This document shows positions 35,852 through 49,462 of a stretch of 64,000 nucleotides of DNA, piece by piece. This DNA is from Mobula hypostoma (lineage: Eukaryota). Below the pieces are notes generated by a model. It searched no databases, had not been told where the DNA came from, and saw only the letters and a list, made by a program, of their open reading frames with translations. The stretch is taken from the NCBI RefSeq assembly GCF_963921235.1, contig NC_086109.1, forward strand, positions 26,600,001 to 26,664,000. The letters run 5' to 3'. The position numbers were made by a program, and so were the translations under genes. Each line of letters begins with the position of its first letter. The first letter of the stretch is position 1.

Positions 35852-36710
35852 CACAAGAAATTCAGAAGATGCTGGAAATCCAAAGCAAAACACACAAAAT
35901 ACTGGAGGAACTCAGCAGGTCAGTCAGCATCCATGAAAATGAACGAACAGTCAATGTTTCGGGCAGAGGCCCTTCTTCAAGACTGGAAAGGAAGGGGGAA
36001 GATGCCAGAATAAAAAAAAGTGGGGGGTGGGGGAGGAGGCTAGCAGGAAGGTGATAGGTGAAGCCAAGTGGGTAGGAAAAGTGAAGGACTGGTGAGGAAG
36101 GAATCTGATAGTGGAGGAAAGCAGACCTCAGGAGAAAGGGGAGGAGGAGGGAACCCAGTGGGAGGTGATAGGCAGGTGATAAGAGGACAGAATGGGGAAT
36201 GAAAGAACAGGGGAGGGGATGGAAATGCTTTTTTTTACTGGAAGGAGAAATTGATATTAATGTCATCAGGTTACGCTTCTCAGAAGGAATAAACAGTAAG
36301 GTGTCATTTTGAGGGTGGCCTCTTCGTGGCACAAGATGAGGTAATTGACTGACGTGTCGGAATGGAAATGGGAATTAAAATATTTGGCCACCGGGAGGTT
36401 CCGCTTTTGGTGGATGGAGCGGAGGTGCTTGATGAGGTAGTCCCCCACTTTACAACGGCTCTCACTGATGTACAGGAGGCCTCACCAGGAGCACCTGATA
36501 CAATAGATGTCTCCAGCAGATTCGCAAGTGTTGCCTCACCTTGAAGGACTGATTGGGAGTCCTGAATGGAGTGAAGGAGGTGGTGAATGGGTAAGTGTAG
36601 CACTTTGGCCACTTGCAGGAATAAGTGCCAGAAGGGTAATTAGTGGGGAGGGATAAATGGACAAGGGAATCACAGTGGGAGCGATTCCTGAGGAAAGCGG
36701 AGAGTGGGGG
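35852..36710 (-). mobile_element. Penelope-like element 3' part (GIY-YIG remnant plus terminal repeat)
   Basis: Minus ORF pieces 'GTYSCKWPKCYTYPF...SFKVRQH' and 'GDYLIKHLRSI..KRNLPVAKYFNS'. Terminal repeat with hammerhead-like cagtcttgaagaagggcctctgcccgaaacattgactg on the minus strand. Confidence 0.82.
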
Positions 36711-37867
36711 ATTTAATGTTGTTTTAATATAACAAAATATAGATAAAGACGTCTCCCTTTTTTCCTCCCTTAACTGCACAAGTCAATATCAAAGTGTTTA
36801 TTCCCAATGCAAAATAGACCTATTCTTGCCACTTTTAACTACGGCTGGATTTTTTGATCCTGCTTCTGCCTGACATTAGATGGAGCACAGTTTCAGGTGA
36901 GAATGCAAATGGGTGAATGTGCTGTTCTGAATTCAGCACAGAAAGTGCTTTTTGCTTTTAGAATTGTGGTAGGTTTTTTTCATTTACATCGTTATGGCAA
37001 CTACTCTATATGATAATTGTGACTTGTGACTTGTCTAGGTATACCCTTGTCCTTCTTCCTCATCCTCCTCCCAGCAGAGTTGAATAGCAATTCCCATTAT
37101 ACAGGATTGTCATTTCCACGAGCGCCCACTGAGATATTTCATTTGTAGCTGAAATGAACTATTTTCTGCAATATTGTCCCATTTCTTAGGTAGCTGCGGG
37201 GCATTCAGTGAGCCAGTGTTGGAACCTGGTGCTTTGTGATCTAAAAGTTCTTCAAAAGTCAAGAATGAGGCATAAAGCTTGTTGCTTATGGACATTTTAT
37301 TAAGTGTTACAAGAACGGAGAATGAACTAAGGAAAGAAAGTAGTGTTGCCTCATACCCAGACTGGAGGTGAACAAAATTCCGGTGATTAAGAATTAAGCT
37401 ATAGAATAGCCAGATTCTCGTGGCATGACACCTGCTGCAGACAATCTAAAAGGCATCTAGAAAGATACAGAAATATCCATACCACAATTTATGGAAAATT
37501 TGCTGAACAATTGCATGTGCATAGACAATTATCTAAAAATGCAAGCAAGCACAGGAGAATTAAACAACAAGAAAAATACATGAAAAATAACAATTCTTTT
37601 CTAATCCAAGATCAATCTCCATCTTTGTGCAAATCAACCACTTCAACCAAATTGCATTTACTTTGAGTAGAAGTTGCTGCTGAAATTGGGAAAGAAGAAA
37701 TCTAGTGCAAATTTCACTCTGCATGAAAGCAAAATGTTGGATCTGGGTGAGAACATGACAACATCAGCTTCCCAGCAAAACTTACACATTGACGTCTTAC
37801 CTGGTGTTGTGCTTCATCTGATGTCAGGCAGAAGCAGAGTCAATAAATCCAGAGGAGTCTGAGGTGA

Positions 37868-38094
37868 ATTTATTTTTTTTATTTATTGAGATACAGTACA
37901 GAACAGGCCCTTCTGCCCTTTCAAGCCGTGACAACCAGCAATCCCCCATTTTAACCTTAGCCTAATCACGGAATGATTTACAGTGACCAATTATCCTGCA
38001 AACTGCTATGTCTTTGGACTGTGGGAGGAAACCAGAGGAAACCCATGTGGTCATGCGGAGAACGTGTAAACTCCTTTCAAGCAGCGGCGGGAAA
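37868..38094 (-). mobile_element. V-SINE
   Basis: tctttggactgtgggaggaaaccagag...acccatgtggtca is the reverse-complement V-domain; ttta-rich tail at left. Confidence 0.75.
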
Positions 38095-38260
38095 AGTTCA
38101 TCAGGTATAGGACTACTTATTTCTTTTTGATATCAACATTGAGGGAGGAGTATTATGGTTCTTAAGGTTTTGATCAAGGTTTTAACTTAATGCCTCATGC
38201 AAACAATATCTTCTCTCGGAAATGTGTGTCTACATATGGATTAATACTTGTTGAAAAATC

Positions 38261-38872
38261 ATGGCCCATTCTCCTCTCCTAGCAAATAATTCCCCTTTCA
38301 GGCTCCCCTCTTATCACTTCCCTTTTCCTCACCTGTCCATCACCTCTCTCTGGTACCCCTCCTTCTTCCCTTTCTCTCTTGGTCCACTCTCCTTTCTTAA
38401 GAGGAGAAGAAGAAAGCCCTTAACTCCGAGTGGAATCATCGGGACGCCGTCATGACGGCGTTTTTTTTTTAGCAGGCTTTCTTATTTTTACGAGGCCGAG
38501 TTGCTAGCTCGACTCTCAATCCAGCACGGATGGAAAGCATGCAAGGGATCTCCTTTCTTATCAGATTCCTTCTTTTTCAGCCCTTTGCCCTTCTCTGTCT
38601 ATCACCTCCCAGCTTCTCACATCATCTCCCCTGCTCCCACCATCCACCTTAATCCTCATCTGGCTTCACCTATCACCTCCCAAGCATGTACTCCTTCCCC
38701 TCTCCCAAATCCACCTTTTCATTTTGGTTTCTTCCCCGTCCTTTCCAGTCCTGATGAAGGGTCTCAGCCCAAAATGTTGACTGTTTATTTTCTCCGTAGA
38801 TGCTGCTGACTTGAGTCCCTCCAACATTTGTGTATTGCTCTGGATTGTCAGCATCTGTGGAATCTCGTGTTC
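38261..38872 (+). mobile_element. Penelope-like 3' UTR/terminal repeat interrupted by an RTE-tailed SINE (38402-38547, minus)
   Basis: ccagtcctgatgaagggtctcagccc at 38745-38770. The insert shares gctttccatcc.gctgg...gtcgagctagc with the SINE at 58009 and ends in (ttc)n. Confidence 0.7.
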
Positions 38873-40514
38873 ACATCATTCCATGTTGCCTTTACAAATT
38901 CTTTTAATTATTTCAGAACAACAGAGCTGGCAATAAAAAAAAATCACCTTTAATTTTTACCGGCGTTTCATTCCTGACCATTAATTGTTGTCAGCAAATT
39001 ATTTATAACAATTACTCTTTGTTTCCTTTAGTTCTCTTTTTCAAAAACCAGTTTTCTTCCTCTTTGTCTGATTTGACATTGAATTCTGTATTTTATTTTA
39101 ATGTTTATAATATTATAATATTTGAATCAGACCTTAATCCAATAAATGATCAACAAGTTGAAATGTTAACTCTGTTTCTTTTCCCACTGATGTCTGACAT
39201 TGCACGCCCATTGTTTCCTGATTTTATTTCAGATTTCCAACACCTGCAATATTTTGATTTCAGACTTCAATTTGATTCATTAGTTAGATGCTATACAGTC
39301 AACTTCCCTGTTCATATGGTCTTTTTTTTCCCCCTATCAAAGCATTTTGAAGTTCAAAAAGCTATTTAAACGTTTATGGAAATTAGCCTCAGTTGACAGA
39401 TCTAACAACCAGGGAATGCAGTTTAATCACTAGTTTCAACATTTTCAAGTCTTTGCATAAGGTTTGAATACATAGTATTTTGTCTTGAATGGAAATGCCA
39501 TCAATTAAACCAAAATGATTTCCACTGGATATTGGCCTAATGACATCCAGTTTCATTTTTATTTTATATTGCCCTGTACAGTATTTGAAACTATTTCTCA
39601 TAAGGATGGTGCCCATTTCTTTGCCCAACTACTTTGCCCCTTGCTGCAAGTAGCAGTAACATATAAATTGCACCCAGCTGAATTTTCTCCCGAATGTACT
39701 TTAATCTTCCAATAGATTTTAATTTTTGAGAAAAATATAACTGAGCTATAAAGTCCAGTATCAGGTAAATCATACTGCAAAGGTTAGTTATGTAAATAAC
39801 TTGCATTTATGTGGCATTGCCAATGTTTATAAAAATGTCCTACAGTGTTGCTAATGAAAGAAAAAATTGACACCAAGCCTCAAATAGGTTATTGGGGTAA
39901 TGCAAGCAAAAATAAAAGTAAGGTCAAAGATGTTGTGGAAGGAACTTCCAATTCTGTTATTAAGTTAAAAAGATTAGTGTTAGCCGTAACATTAAAACAA
40001 TCTGCCGTATATTAATGTCTTTGCATTTTTTTGCAATTAAATAGTGATATATACGTATTGGATTGTTGTCGCAATGTTCAGTCCCATAGCAGCTCTATAA
40101 TAACTAATCACTTGGTAAAACAGAAGAATGCTCCCAGTTGTAGCACATGGATTAATATTTCTGGAAGTTTATATTGATAATAGAAATTATAAATACCTTT
40201 CAATTTTTTTTATTGGCCATGAAAGAAACAACAATAGGTAGCAATGCATGTGGGATTGATGTAAATTAATCTGATGTAGTTTGCTTTAATGTTATTGCAA
40301 ACACCCGCTTCCCTTCCCTACTTAGTAGCTGTGTTGGAATCTCCTTCATCAAACATTTTTCCTCTTTCTTTCTTTAAAACTTATCATCATCATTTGTCCT
40401 ATTATGTTGTATATCTGGTATGTGACTGTGTCAAATAATGTTTGACACTTGAATGAATTTCCTTGGGACATCTTATGACATTAACAGAGCCACATAGAGA
40501 TAAATTATTATTTC

Positions 40515-41010
40515 AAATTCAAATTTCAAAGGTAAATTTATTCTCAAAGTTCCATGCATGTCACCATATACTACCCTGAGATTCATTTTCTTGTGGACAT
40601 TCAAAGTAAATACACTACAAAGAATCCCAATAGAATGGATGAAAAACTGCACAGAGAGATGGACAAACAACCAATTGACAACAGATTGTGCAAATACAAA
40701 AAAAGGAAAAGATGAATAAATGGATAACTAAATAATAAATGAGTTGTATTGAAAGTCTTTGAAAGTGAGCCCATAGCTTGTGGAATCAGTTCAATGTTGG
40801 GGTGAGTGAACTCTGTTTCAGGAGCCTGATTGTTGAGGTGTAATAACTGTTACTGAACTTGTGGTGTGGGACCTAAGGCTCCTGTACCTCCTTTCCGATG
40901 GCAGCTGTGATAAGACAGCATTGCCTGGGTCCTTGATGGAAGCTGCTTTCCTCTGACCGCACTCCTTGTAGATGTACTCAGTGGTGGGGAGGGCTTTACC
41001 TATGATGGAT
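40515..41010 (-). mobile_element. Rex1/Babar-like LINE 3' fragment
   Basis: Minus ORF 'IIGKALPTTEYIYKEC..RKAASIKDP...LPSERRYRSLRSHT'. Confidence 0.7.
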
Positions 41011-41279
41011 CTGGATAATGGCTTGAATAAACTACCCATTCAAATTCCTGATGTGCAGAAAGCTGAAGAAGGTGGATTGCATGTAATCTATTCATAAATA
41101 ATACTAATCAAGTTGGCTTGTTAGCATGGATAATCTGTTATTGTTTCCTTTTGTTTAGCAATATGATAGAAGTTGCTCTGTTGTAAAAGTAGTTTGGAAC
41201 AGAAGTTATCTTTTTTTTGGGTCTCATCTTATAGTAAATTGCTCTTCAGCTATAAAGAGAATCTGACTTGATTCGGAGT

Positions 41280-41840
41280 TTAAGGAGATTTGGTTTGTCA
41301 CCTAAAACACTTAAACTTCTACAGATGTACCATGGAGAACATTCTGACTGGCTGCATCACTCTCTGGTATTGGGGTGGGGGTGATGGGGGAGTACTGAAC
41401 AGGTTTGAAGTAATTTGCAGAAAGGTGTAAAATTTCTCAGCTCCATTATGGGTACTAGTCCCCACAGTGTCCAAGACATCTACTAGGAGTGGTGCCTCAG
41501 GAAGGCGTCATCCATCCTAAAGGATTCCCACCATCCAGGACATGCCCTCTTCTCATTGTTACCGTCAGGAAGGAGATACAGAAGCCTGAAGGCACACACT
41601 CAGCAATTCAGGAACAGCTTCTTCCCCTCTGCCATCCAATCTCTAAATGGACATTGAACCATGAACACTACCTCACTACTTTTTAAAATTTATTTCTGTT
41701 TTTTGCACTACTTAACTTAACATTTATAATATTTACTGTAATTCAGTTTTTTTCTCTGTTTATCATATATTGCCTTGTACTGCTGTTGCAAAGTTAACAA
41801 ATTTCACGACATATGCCAGTGATATTAAAACTGATTCTGT
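41280..41840 (+). mobile_element. Rex1/Babar-like LINE 3' fragment
   Basis: aacttctacagatgtaccatggagaacattctgactggctgcatcac (NFYRCTMENILTGCI), ttcaggaacagcttcttccc, tail acaaatttcacgacatatgccagtgat. Confidence 0.75.
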
Positions 41841-41999
41841 CTTTCAACCAACTGTATTCACTGGGAGGGAAGGGGCAACGATTTCCACAAGAGTCTGGTT
41901 ATCTTGTTATCTGTGGAGATAATTTACCCAAGTAAATTGTTTACTGTGACTTCTACTGTAGGCAGTACAGAGCCTTGCTCTGTAATTTTATAAATTTTG

Positions 42000-42436
42000 T
42001 AATTTATTTTTTTATTGAAGTTCATCATCAGACAAAACTTTCCATAAGATATATTTCAGATACTGTACATATGTATCATATAGTCACATTTGTCACAAAT
42101 CTCCACATAATATTTATCTGAGGTATACACTTATAGAAAGGAGAGGAAAGAAAGAACAATCAAAAGAAGAAAACTATGTACAAAGTAGGGAGTGATTTTT
42201 TTTTACAACATATTCATCAACTTGTGAGAATAAATTTAGGCCTATGAGGTGTTATGCAGTTAAACCATTTTTCCCAGTACGAATCAAATTGTTCCAATTT
42301 ATGATTAACAGATGCTGTTATCTTCTCCATTTTGTAAATGTCCATTGTAATTTCCATCCATACATTTAAAGTTGGGCTCTCCTGTGATAACCATTTCTTG
42401 GTAAAGGTCTTTTTACCAGCCACCAGCAGTATTGGA
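42000..42436 (-). mobile_element. L1/Tx1-type LINE 3' end
   Basis: Minus ORF 'LLVAGKKTFTKKW...PTLNVWMEITMDIYKMEKITA......F..YWEKW' is typical of the fish L1/Tx1 ORF2 C-terminus. A-rich tail with AATAAA at the left end. Confidence 0.75.
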
Positions 42437-42899
42437 AAGGTTGGCATCCATTTTGTTTGATTGGCCTTTCCCACTTTGGAAGAAATGGTAAGAAAATCCT
42501 GCATTACACATGCCGTGACTTTCAATCTGCTGCTTTGTTAGTCAAGGATTTTTGCCAGAAGTGTGAAGTCAGTGAAATCCCACTAGGATTAGGTTTAGAT
42601 CCACACGAATTAACAGCGTGTTCAGTGAAACTTGAAGGTGCCTGGATAATTCTTTACTATCCGAGCAGCTTGTCAGTGTTTGAAGTTAATTGATGTGCTT
42701 TGTGGAACTGAAGAGAAGCATTCAATGGAACATGAAACTCAGGTGTGATCTGCCAGGTCATCCTGGTAGAGAATAGTAATGTGAGTGAGGTATTAAAGGC
42801 TTGTTGTATTCTGCCATTTATCATTACCCACTGAGGGTTTTTTCACTCTTGAGATGTGAGGCTAATTGCGGAGTAAGAAATCCAACAAAGTACAATATC

Positions 42900-43298
42900 C
42901 TCTCACCCCTTGTCTTCCCCTTCCCTGCCTTCTTGACCTGCCAATTGCCTCCCTCTGGTTCTCCACCCCTTTCACTTTATTCCATGGTTTGTTGTCTTCT
43001 CTTATCAGATTCCTCATTTTTTTTAGTCCTTTGCCTCTTCCACTGGTCACTTCCCAGCTTCTCATACCATTTCCTTCATCCCTCCTCCTCACCCATCCCT
43101 CTCACCTGGACTCGCCTTGTACCTGCCAACTTTTACTTCTCTCTTTTCCCTTCCCTTTTATCCTGACTTTGGTTCTTCCCCCCTCCCCCACTTACTTTCT
43201 GATGAAGGGTCTCTTCCCCAAAGTATCAATTGTTCATCCTCCTCCCTAGATGCTGCCTGACTTGCTGAGTTCCTCCAGCATTTTCTGTGTGTTGCACA
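42900..43298 (+). mobile_element. Penelope-like 3' UTR/terminal repeat
   Basis: Pyrimidine-rich UTR, ctgatgaagggtctc at ~43199, gatgctgcctgacttgctgagttcctccagca. Confidence 0.7.
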
Positions 43299-43999
43299 AT
43301 GTATCAGGCTGAAGACAAGGACGTTGATTTCTGGAAACCAGGTGGAGAGAGGGAGTTGAGGTGGGAGATGATGTAGCAGCTTGGGAAAATTGTGTCCCAC
43401 CATGTTTAATGGCAGGGCATGCTGATATCTGATAATGTGTGCATACCTCCACTTCAGGATTCTTGGATGTCAATTTCACCCTCCATCCCACTCGTTTGAT
43501 GGCTCTAGGCCTATACTCACTGGAGTTTAGAAGAATGAGGGGGGACTCTCATTGAAGCCTATTGATTATTGAAAAACCTGGATAGAGTGGACATGGAGAG
43601 GATGTTTCCAATAGTGGGAGAATCTCGGACCACTGCCGCCACCGCCTCCCCTCCTGTTTTCCACACACTGTTTGATGATACAAGTCAACATTTATTCAGT
43701 AGAGATCCCCATATCCAGGACACTCCATCTTCTTGCAATAGGGGGTACAGACACCTGAAGCGCCACAACACAGCTACTTCCCTTCGGCCATTCGATTCTT
43801 GAACCAACCTGTACAACCCTAATCAGTTCTTCAGTAAGGCAACACTCTTGAGCATTTTGCATTACAATGGACTTCAGTTTTTGCATGTTCTAATTGTGTG
43901 CTTTCTTTTATAGTTTTGTTCAATTTATGTTTCTCTTGTGTATTTGTGTATGTGATGTTGCTGCAGCAACTTTCATTGTACCTGTGCATATTTGTATTT

Positions 44000-44276
44000 T
44001 TTATTTTATTTAGTGATACGCAGTTTTGGCCCTTCTGACCCTTTGGGCCACGCTGCACAGCCCCTGACACACCTGATTAACCTAACCTAATCACGGGACA
44101 ATTTACAATGACCAGTTAACCTAACGGTACGTCTTTGGACTGTGGAGGAAACCAGAGCACCCGGGGAAAACTTACGCATTCCACGGGGAGGAGGGACAGA
44201 CTGCTTATTGAATTGCGAACTCTGGAACACCCCCAGCTGTTTTAGTGCTGCGTAACCACTGTGCTACTGAGGTGCT
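44000..44276 (-). mobile_element. V-SINE
   Basis: tctttggactgtggaggaaaccagagcacccggggaaaa, reverse V-domain. Confidence 0.7.
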
Positions 44277-44851
44277 TGTGTACCTGGCAGCAAATGTGAT
44301 TTTGACCTCCTGCTCTCTCACCCACTGTAGAGTATCTTTTAAATAGGTAATTTTATTAATTTAATTTACCTGTTGTCTTCCACTATCTTAGAAAGATGAA
44401 TGAAAAGATGTGGTAGAGGTGCCAGGGAAAGGGGGGAATGTCCAAAGTGGGACGGTGATAGTGGTGAAGGGGAGAATGTTACAGCTTGTCCTGAAGGCAG
44501 CCATCATTTTGGAATGTGTGAGAGTAGGGAAACGTGGTTGGGACATCATCTACTGGAAGGGAAGATGGGCTGATGCAGCTCAGTGTTGATGAGGAAAGCA
44601 CCCATTCTCTCAGCTGAAAAAAGTAATGAAGATGCTCAGCAAGTTAGACAGCATCTGGAATGATGGCTGACAGCCGCAACTAGTTTGCAAAAGTCTATGT
44701 GGTTAGGTTTATCCTTGCACAATCAATGAGTTTTTTTTGTTGTTTTTTTAAAAAAAGTGTTAGGAGACAATGAATTGATCAGGCTGGTGAGCTTCAGAAG
44801 TCAAACACATGATAAAGTGAGGGCCCTCTATCCAATAGGATTTGTAGGAAA

Positions 44852-45063
44852 CACACACATTTATGGAAAAGAGTGGAGTCAATGTTTCGACCTGAAACCC
44901 TTCAGCAGGACTGACTGTCAACTCATTGGGACTCCTGCTGAAGGGTCTCGGCCTGAAACGTTGTCTGTTTACTCTTTTCCATAGATGCTGCCTGGCCTGC
45001 CGAGTTCCTCCAGCATTTCGTGTGCGTGATGCTTGGATTTCCAGCATCTGCAGATTTTCTCTT
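44852..45063. mobile_element. Fold-back Penelope-like insertion
   Basis: Inverted arms with CTGCTGA core variant on both strands. TSD taggatttgtaggaaa (44836-44851) / tagggtttgtaggaaa (45064-45079). Confidence 0.8.
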
Positions 45064-45529
45064 TAGGGTTTGTAGGAAATCAGGTCTCTCTTGCTTGAAA
45101 CCTTCTTGTGTGGATATAGGTCAGTAGTGCATTGAGAGAAAGAATAATTTAAAAAAAAGCAAGTGAGATAATTGGCAAATTTAAGCAGAATTTCTTTGAA
45201 TCTGTATTTCCGCCTTGCGGCGAATGATGTGGTATAAGTTACTGATCATTATAATGCCTGCTGGAAACAGCACATCTGTTTAATTTTAATAGGAATGGTG
45301 GTTTAATATTTTACAATATTTTGATTGATCTGTTGTGTTGCATTAGCCTCACACCACCGCACTCCATGAACAATTTGACCTTTGGTAGAACAGGGATTAT
45401 TAATCACCTGCCTCAACTGTAAGAAAATATTCTTTCTTCCAGTATCCCTCCTGGCATGACATAAAATTTCTTTAGCTTCCAAAGAGCCGCATTGAAAGAC
45501 CTCTGATTAATTTGTTTATAAAAAGTGCT

Positions 45530-45925
45530 TTCTTCTCACTGCTGCCTTTGGGAAGTGGGTACAGGAGCCTTAGGCCTCACACTACCAGGTTCAGGAACAG
45601 TAATTACTCCTCAATCATCAGGCTCCTGAACCAGTGGGGATAACTTCACTCCTCCCAACACTGAACTGATTCCACAACCTATGGACTCACTTTCAAGGAT
45701 TTTACAACTCCTGTTCTCAATATTGTTCAGCATTTATCTATTTATTTTTAATTTGTTTGTTTTGTAAATGCACAACTTATTATCTTTTCCACATTGGTTG
45801 TTTGTCCGCCAGTAATTTTTCATTGATTCTAATGTGTTTCTTTGTATCTTCTGTGAATACCCGCAAGAAAATAAATCTCAGGTGAACTATATGTATTTTC
45901 ATAATAAATTTACTTTGAAGTTTGA
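45530..45925 (+). mobile_element. Rex1/Babar-like LINE 3' fragment
   Basis: ttctcactgctgcctttgggaagtgggtacaggagcct...accaggttcaggaacag; tail ataataaatttactttgaagtttga. Confidence 0.65.
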
Positions 45926-47904
45926 ATCTTTGTGGAATTTTCCAATGACCAAAAGCAGGTTATTTCATTTTATCACAATAATAATGTCACAATTTTAACC
46001 CGTAATATAAATGTTTAACAACATTGCCATGACTAAACACAGGGAAGCTACTGCAGTTACAGAGGTAGAGCAGAATAAATTACCACATGGAATTTTATTA
46101 AGATAGCAGATTCAATGGGGCAGTTTGGGAATTTTCAGGATTCATTTTCACCTTTCCAAATTGCTCCCAGGTTTTCTTCTGAGAACACAAATAGGGTGAA
46201 TCCCAGAGGATTTCTGATTGTGCAGAACATCACAGCTGAAACTGCTCTTGTTCTAGCTCAACACCCACTGAATGTAATAGATTGTGATTAGTAGCAGGAA
46301 ACCCTGGGCTTCGTCAACTGAAATGTTCCCAAGGGACTTCCAGCTGATAGAGTCCCAACTACCCCAGATCAAGGACCAAAGATTAATGGCTCAGAAACTC
46401 CTGGGGAATGTTTCCATTGTTTGCTATTTACAATTCAGTTGGTGATGTGCGTGTGTAGAAAATATGTTCACAGTTTTGTTCAAAATAATGAATATGTCCC
46501 ATCTACCTCCTTAATTCCATCAAGCGAGGCCCCTATTGATAATTATGTTTAAAATCTCGTAAGTTCTAAAGAATTGTTGCCTGCTGCCAATATTTCACAT
46601 AACTTTTTTTCCTGTTGAAAGATGATGTTGTTAAAATCACTTTTCAGTGTTACCAGTTATTCAGTAGTATTATTGGGATGATGAGTCAAATGCGAATGTT
46701 CATTCTAGGCTATCTTTGCAAAGTCTTCATTAGCTTTCTTTTATCAAAAACAAGGAGGTAGGTCCGAGGCGGTTCTCAGAGATTTTGCTCTCTCCCAAGT
46801 GCTCGGTGAAAGCTAGGATGAGTCTGTGGAATGCTTTGTTTAGTGATTGTTGTCATGACAATCCAATGCATTGCAGTGAAGAATCTGCACAGAGCGTACA
46901 CTTGTGACAGGGCTTTGTTTTTCTGTATGTAGATTCTCTGATTTGCAAGTGCAGTCCTGCATCATTCACCTCAGATTCATTTTCCTTCCAATTTCATGCT
47001 ACAATAAAAAAAAAGTGCATTGTTTGAAAATAGAGATCAATTTACAGTGATAGAACTGTGATTTGTGACTGAATATTTATAATATTGATTTTAATTGCAG
47101 TAGATGCATGGGTAGCAAGAGGGAGTGGAAAAGATGAGTTGACTAGATTCTTACGGGTGGCCGTAACTGTTGATTAATTTTCAAAAATAGCTAAATGTGG
47201 TGATTCCCAGTCAGAGACTTCAGTTCTTTTATCTGTACTGTTTCAGCAGTGGCAATATAAAGTGGCTTAAAATTTTAAGAGGCTGGTTTGGGATGAGCAG
47301 CAATGAAGTATATTTTACAGTATCTATCTGTTAGGTTGAATTACTGTGCAAAAATCATTAAAGGAAAATAGATCTGTCATGATGAGAAGGCAGAGCAGAC
47401 TCAGAGGACCAAGTGGGCAAATTCTGCTCCTGTATTGTATGATCTTATGGAAAAGTGTGACGCATAACTTGAAGTTGTTATTATTATGGGCCCAAATGAA
47501 TACTCAGTCCGTTTGCACTTCTTGTTACTGTCTGGAAGGGCCTGTTACTGTGCTATATTTTTAAATAAAATAAAAATTTTTATTTTTATTTTTATGCTCC
47601 CTTTGCCCATTCAGTGGAATGAAATGCAGTTGATTAAGAAGAAGCTCGTGTGCCATAATATCACCCAGAGGATAAAAATGAGCAGCAAGGATCCTTGCTT
47701 TGTTTACCTGGAAAATTCGATGATAAAATTACTGCTTTGCTTTGATATAACTGCAGGTTTTCAAAGCCTTGCCATTAGGGTACAATGGTTTGCAAGGGGC
47801 ACCCTGAAACTTGAGTGAAATGTAATGCAAATATCTCCTTCCGATGGTCTATCATTATATATTATATAAGGAGACAAGGATATTGCATTTGTTAAATAGG
47901 GGCC

Positions 47905-49141
47905 ATGCACGATCCTGATTTGATGGAGACGGACATGAGAAGCACAGAGGAACATCTAGAGAAACTTCTGAAATGCCTGCTTCGCTGCCACTCCTACTGT
48001 GCGATCGAGAATCTCCGGAGGGGAAGGCCCCAAAATCCTTGGCTTTGCCTATTGCCTGTTGCCGAGGCCAGGGTCAAAGCGCTTGGCAGAGATGGTGCTC
48101 GGTGTCGGAGGGCTGGTCGGAGGCTCGAAGTTGTCGGACAGACTCGGAGTCGGACTGTGGTCGGGTGCTTCCAGGGAGCTGCATCGGCAAGTTTGCGTTG
48201 CTGGAAGCTCATGGCAGGGAGAGTTTCTCTCTTCAACCGTCTGTGTGAGATGATGGGACTTTCAAGAGACTTTGAGACTTTTTTTTACCGTGCCCATGGT
48301 CTGTTCTTCACCGTCTAGTCCATGCCAAGCCATTTAATCTGCGTACTGCCATCGACCTGCACCCAGACTGTAGCCCTCCATGTGCCTATCCAAACTTCTC
48401 TTAAACATTGAAATCGAGCTTGCATGCACCACTTGCTCTGGCAGCTCATTCCAACTCACATAACTGCGCCCCCCCCCCCCCAAGTGAAGAAGTTTCTCCC
48501 TGGTTCCCCTTAAACTTTTCACTTTTCACCCTTAACCCATGACCTCTAGTTGTAGTTGCCCCCACCATCAGTGGAAAGAGCCTGCTTGCATTTACCCTAT
48601 CTATACTTTATATAACTTTGTACATCCCTATCAAATCTCCATTCAATCTTCTATGTTGCAACAATAAAGTCCACTTAAAACAGAGATGCAAAGAAATTTC
48701 TTTCACCAGAGGGTGGTGAATTTGTGGAATTTATTACTACAGGCAGCCGTGGAGGCCAGGTCATTGGGTGTATATAAGGCAGAGCTTGATCAGTTCTTGA
48801 TTGGACATAGTATCAGAGGTTACAGGGAGAAGGCTGGAGAGTGGGGCTGAGGAGGGGAAAAACGGATCAGCCATGAATGAATGGTGGAGCAGACTCGATG
48901 GGCCAAATGGCCTAATTTCTGCTGCTATGTCTTTTGGTCTTATTATTATCAAATTATGGTATTGCTTTGCACTGTTGTAACTATATGTTATAATTAAGTG
49001 GTTTTTGTCAGTTTTTTTTAGTCTTGGTTTGTCTTGTGTTTCTGTGATATCATTCTGGAGGAACAAATTGTATCATTTCTTAATGCGTGCATTACTAAAT
49101 GACAATAAAAGAGGGCTGTGTGTCCTCATAATCTAATCTAA
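47905..49141 (+). repeat. Unclassified CpG-rich retroposon with (atcta)n tail, interrupted by two opposed CR1 3' fragments (48310-48943)
   Basis: Sequence continues across the insert (ctgttctt|...|ttatcaaattatgg). Ends aataaaagagggctgtgtgtcctcataatctaatcta. Confidence 0.55.
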
Positions 49142-49192
49142 AGGATATTGTAGTGCAAGGAAATGACAGTAAGATGAAAGATCTGTCATAAC

Positions 49193-49462
49193 GGGGCAGC
49201 GTGGTAGTGTAGTGGTCAGCACAACGCTTTACAGTACCAGCGGCCTGGGTTCAATTCCTGCCACTGCCTGTAAGGAGTTTGTATGTTCTTCCCGGGACCG
49301 CGTAGGATTCCTCAGTATCCTTCCACAGACATACCGGTTGGTAGGTTAGTTGGTCATTGTAAGTTGTCCTGTTATTAGGCCAGGGTTAAATTAGTGGGTT
49401 GCAGGACGGCATGGTTCGAATGGCCAGAAGGGCCTTTTCTGTGCTGTATCTAAATAAATAAA
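49193..49462 (+). mobile_element. tRNA-derived V-SINE
   Basis: ggtagtgtagtggtcagc A-box, gggttcaattcc B-box, (taaa)n tail. Confidence 0.8.
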
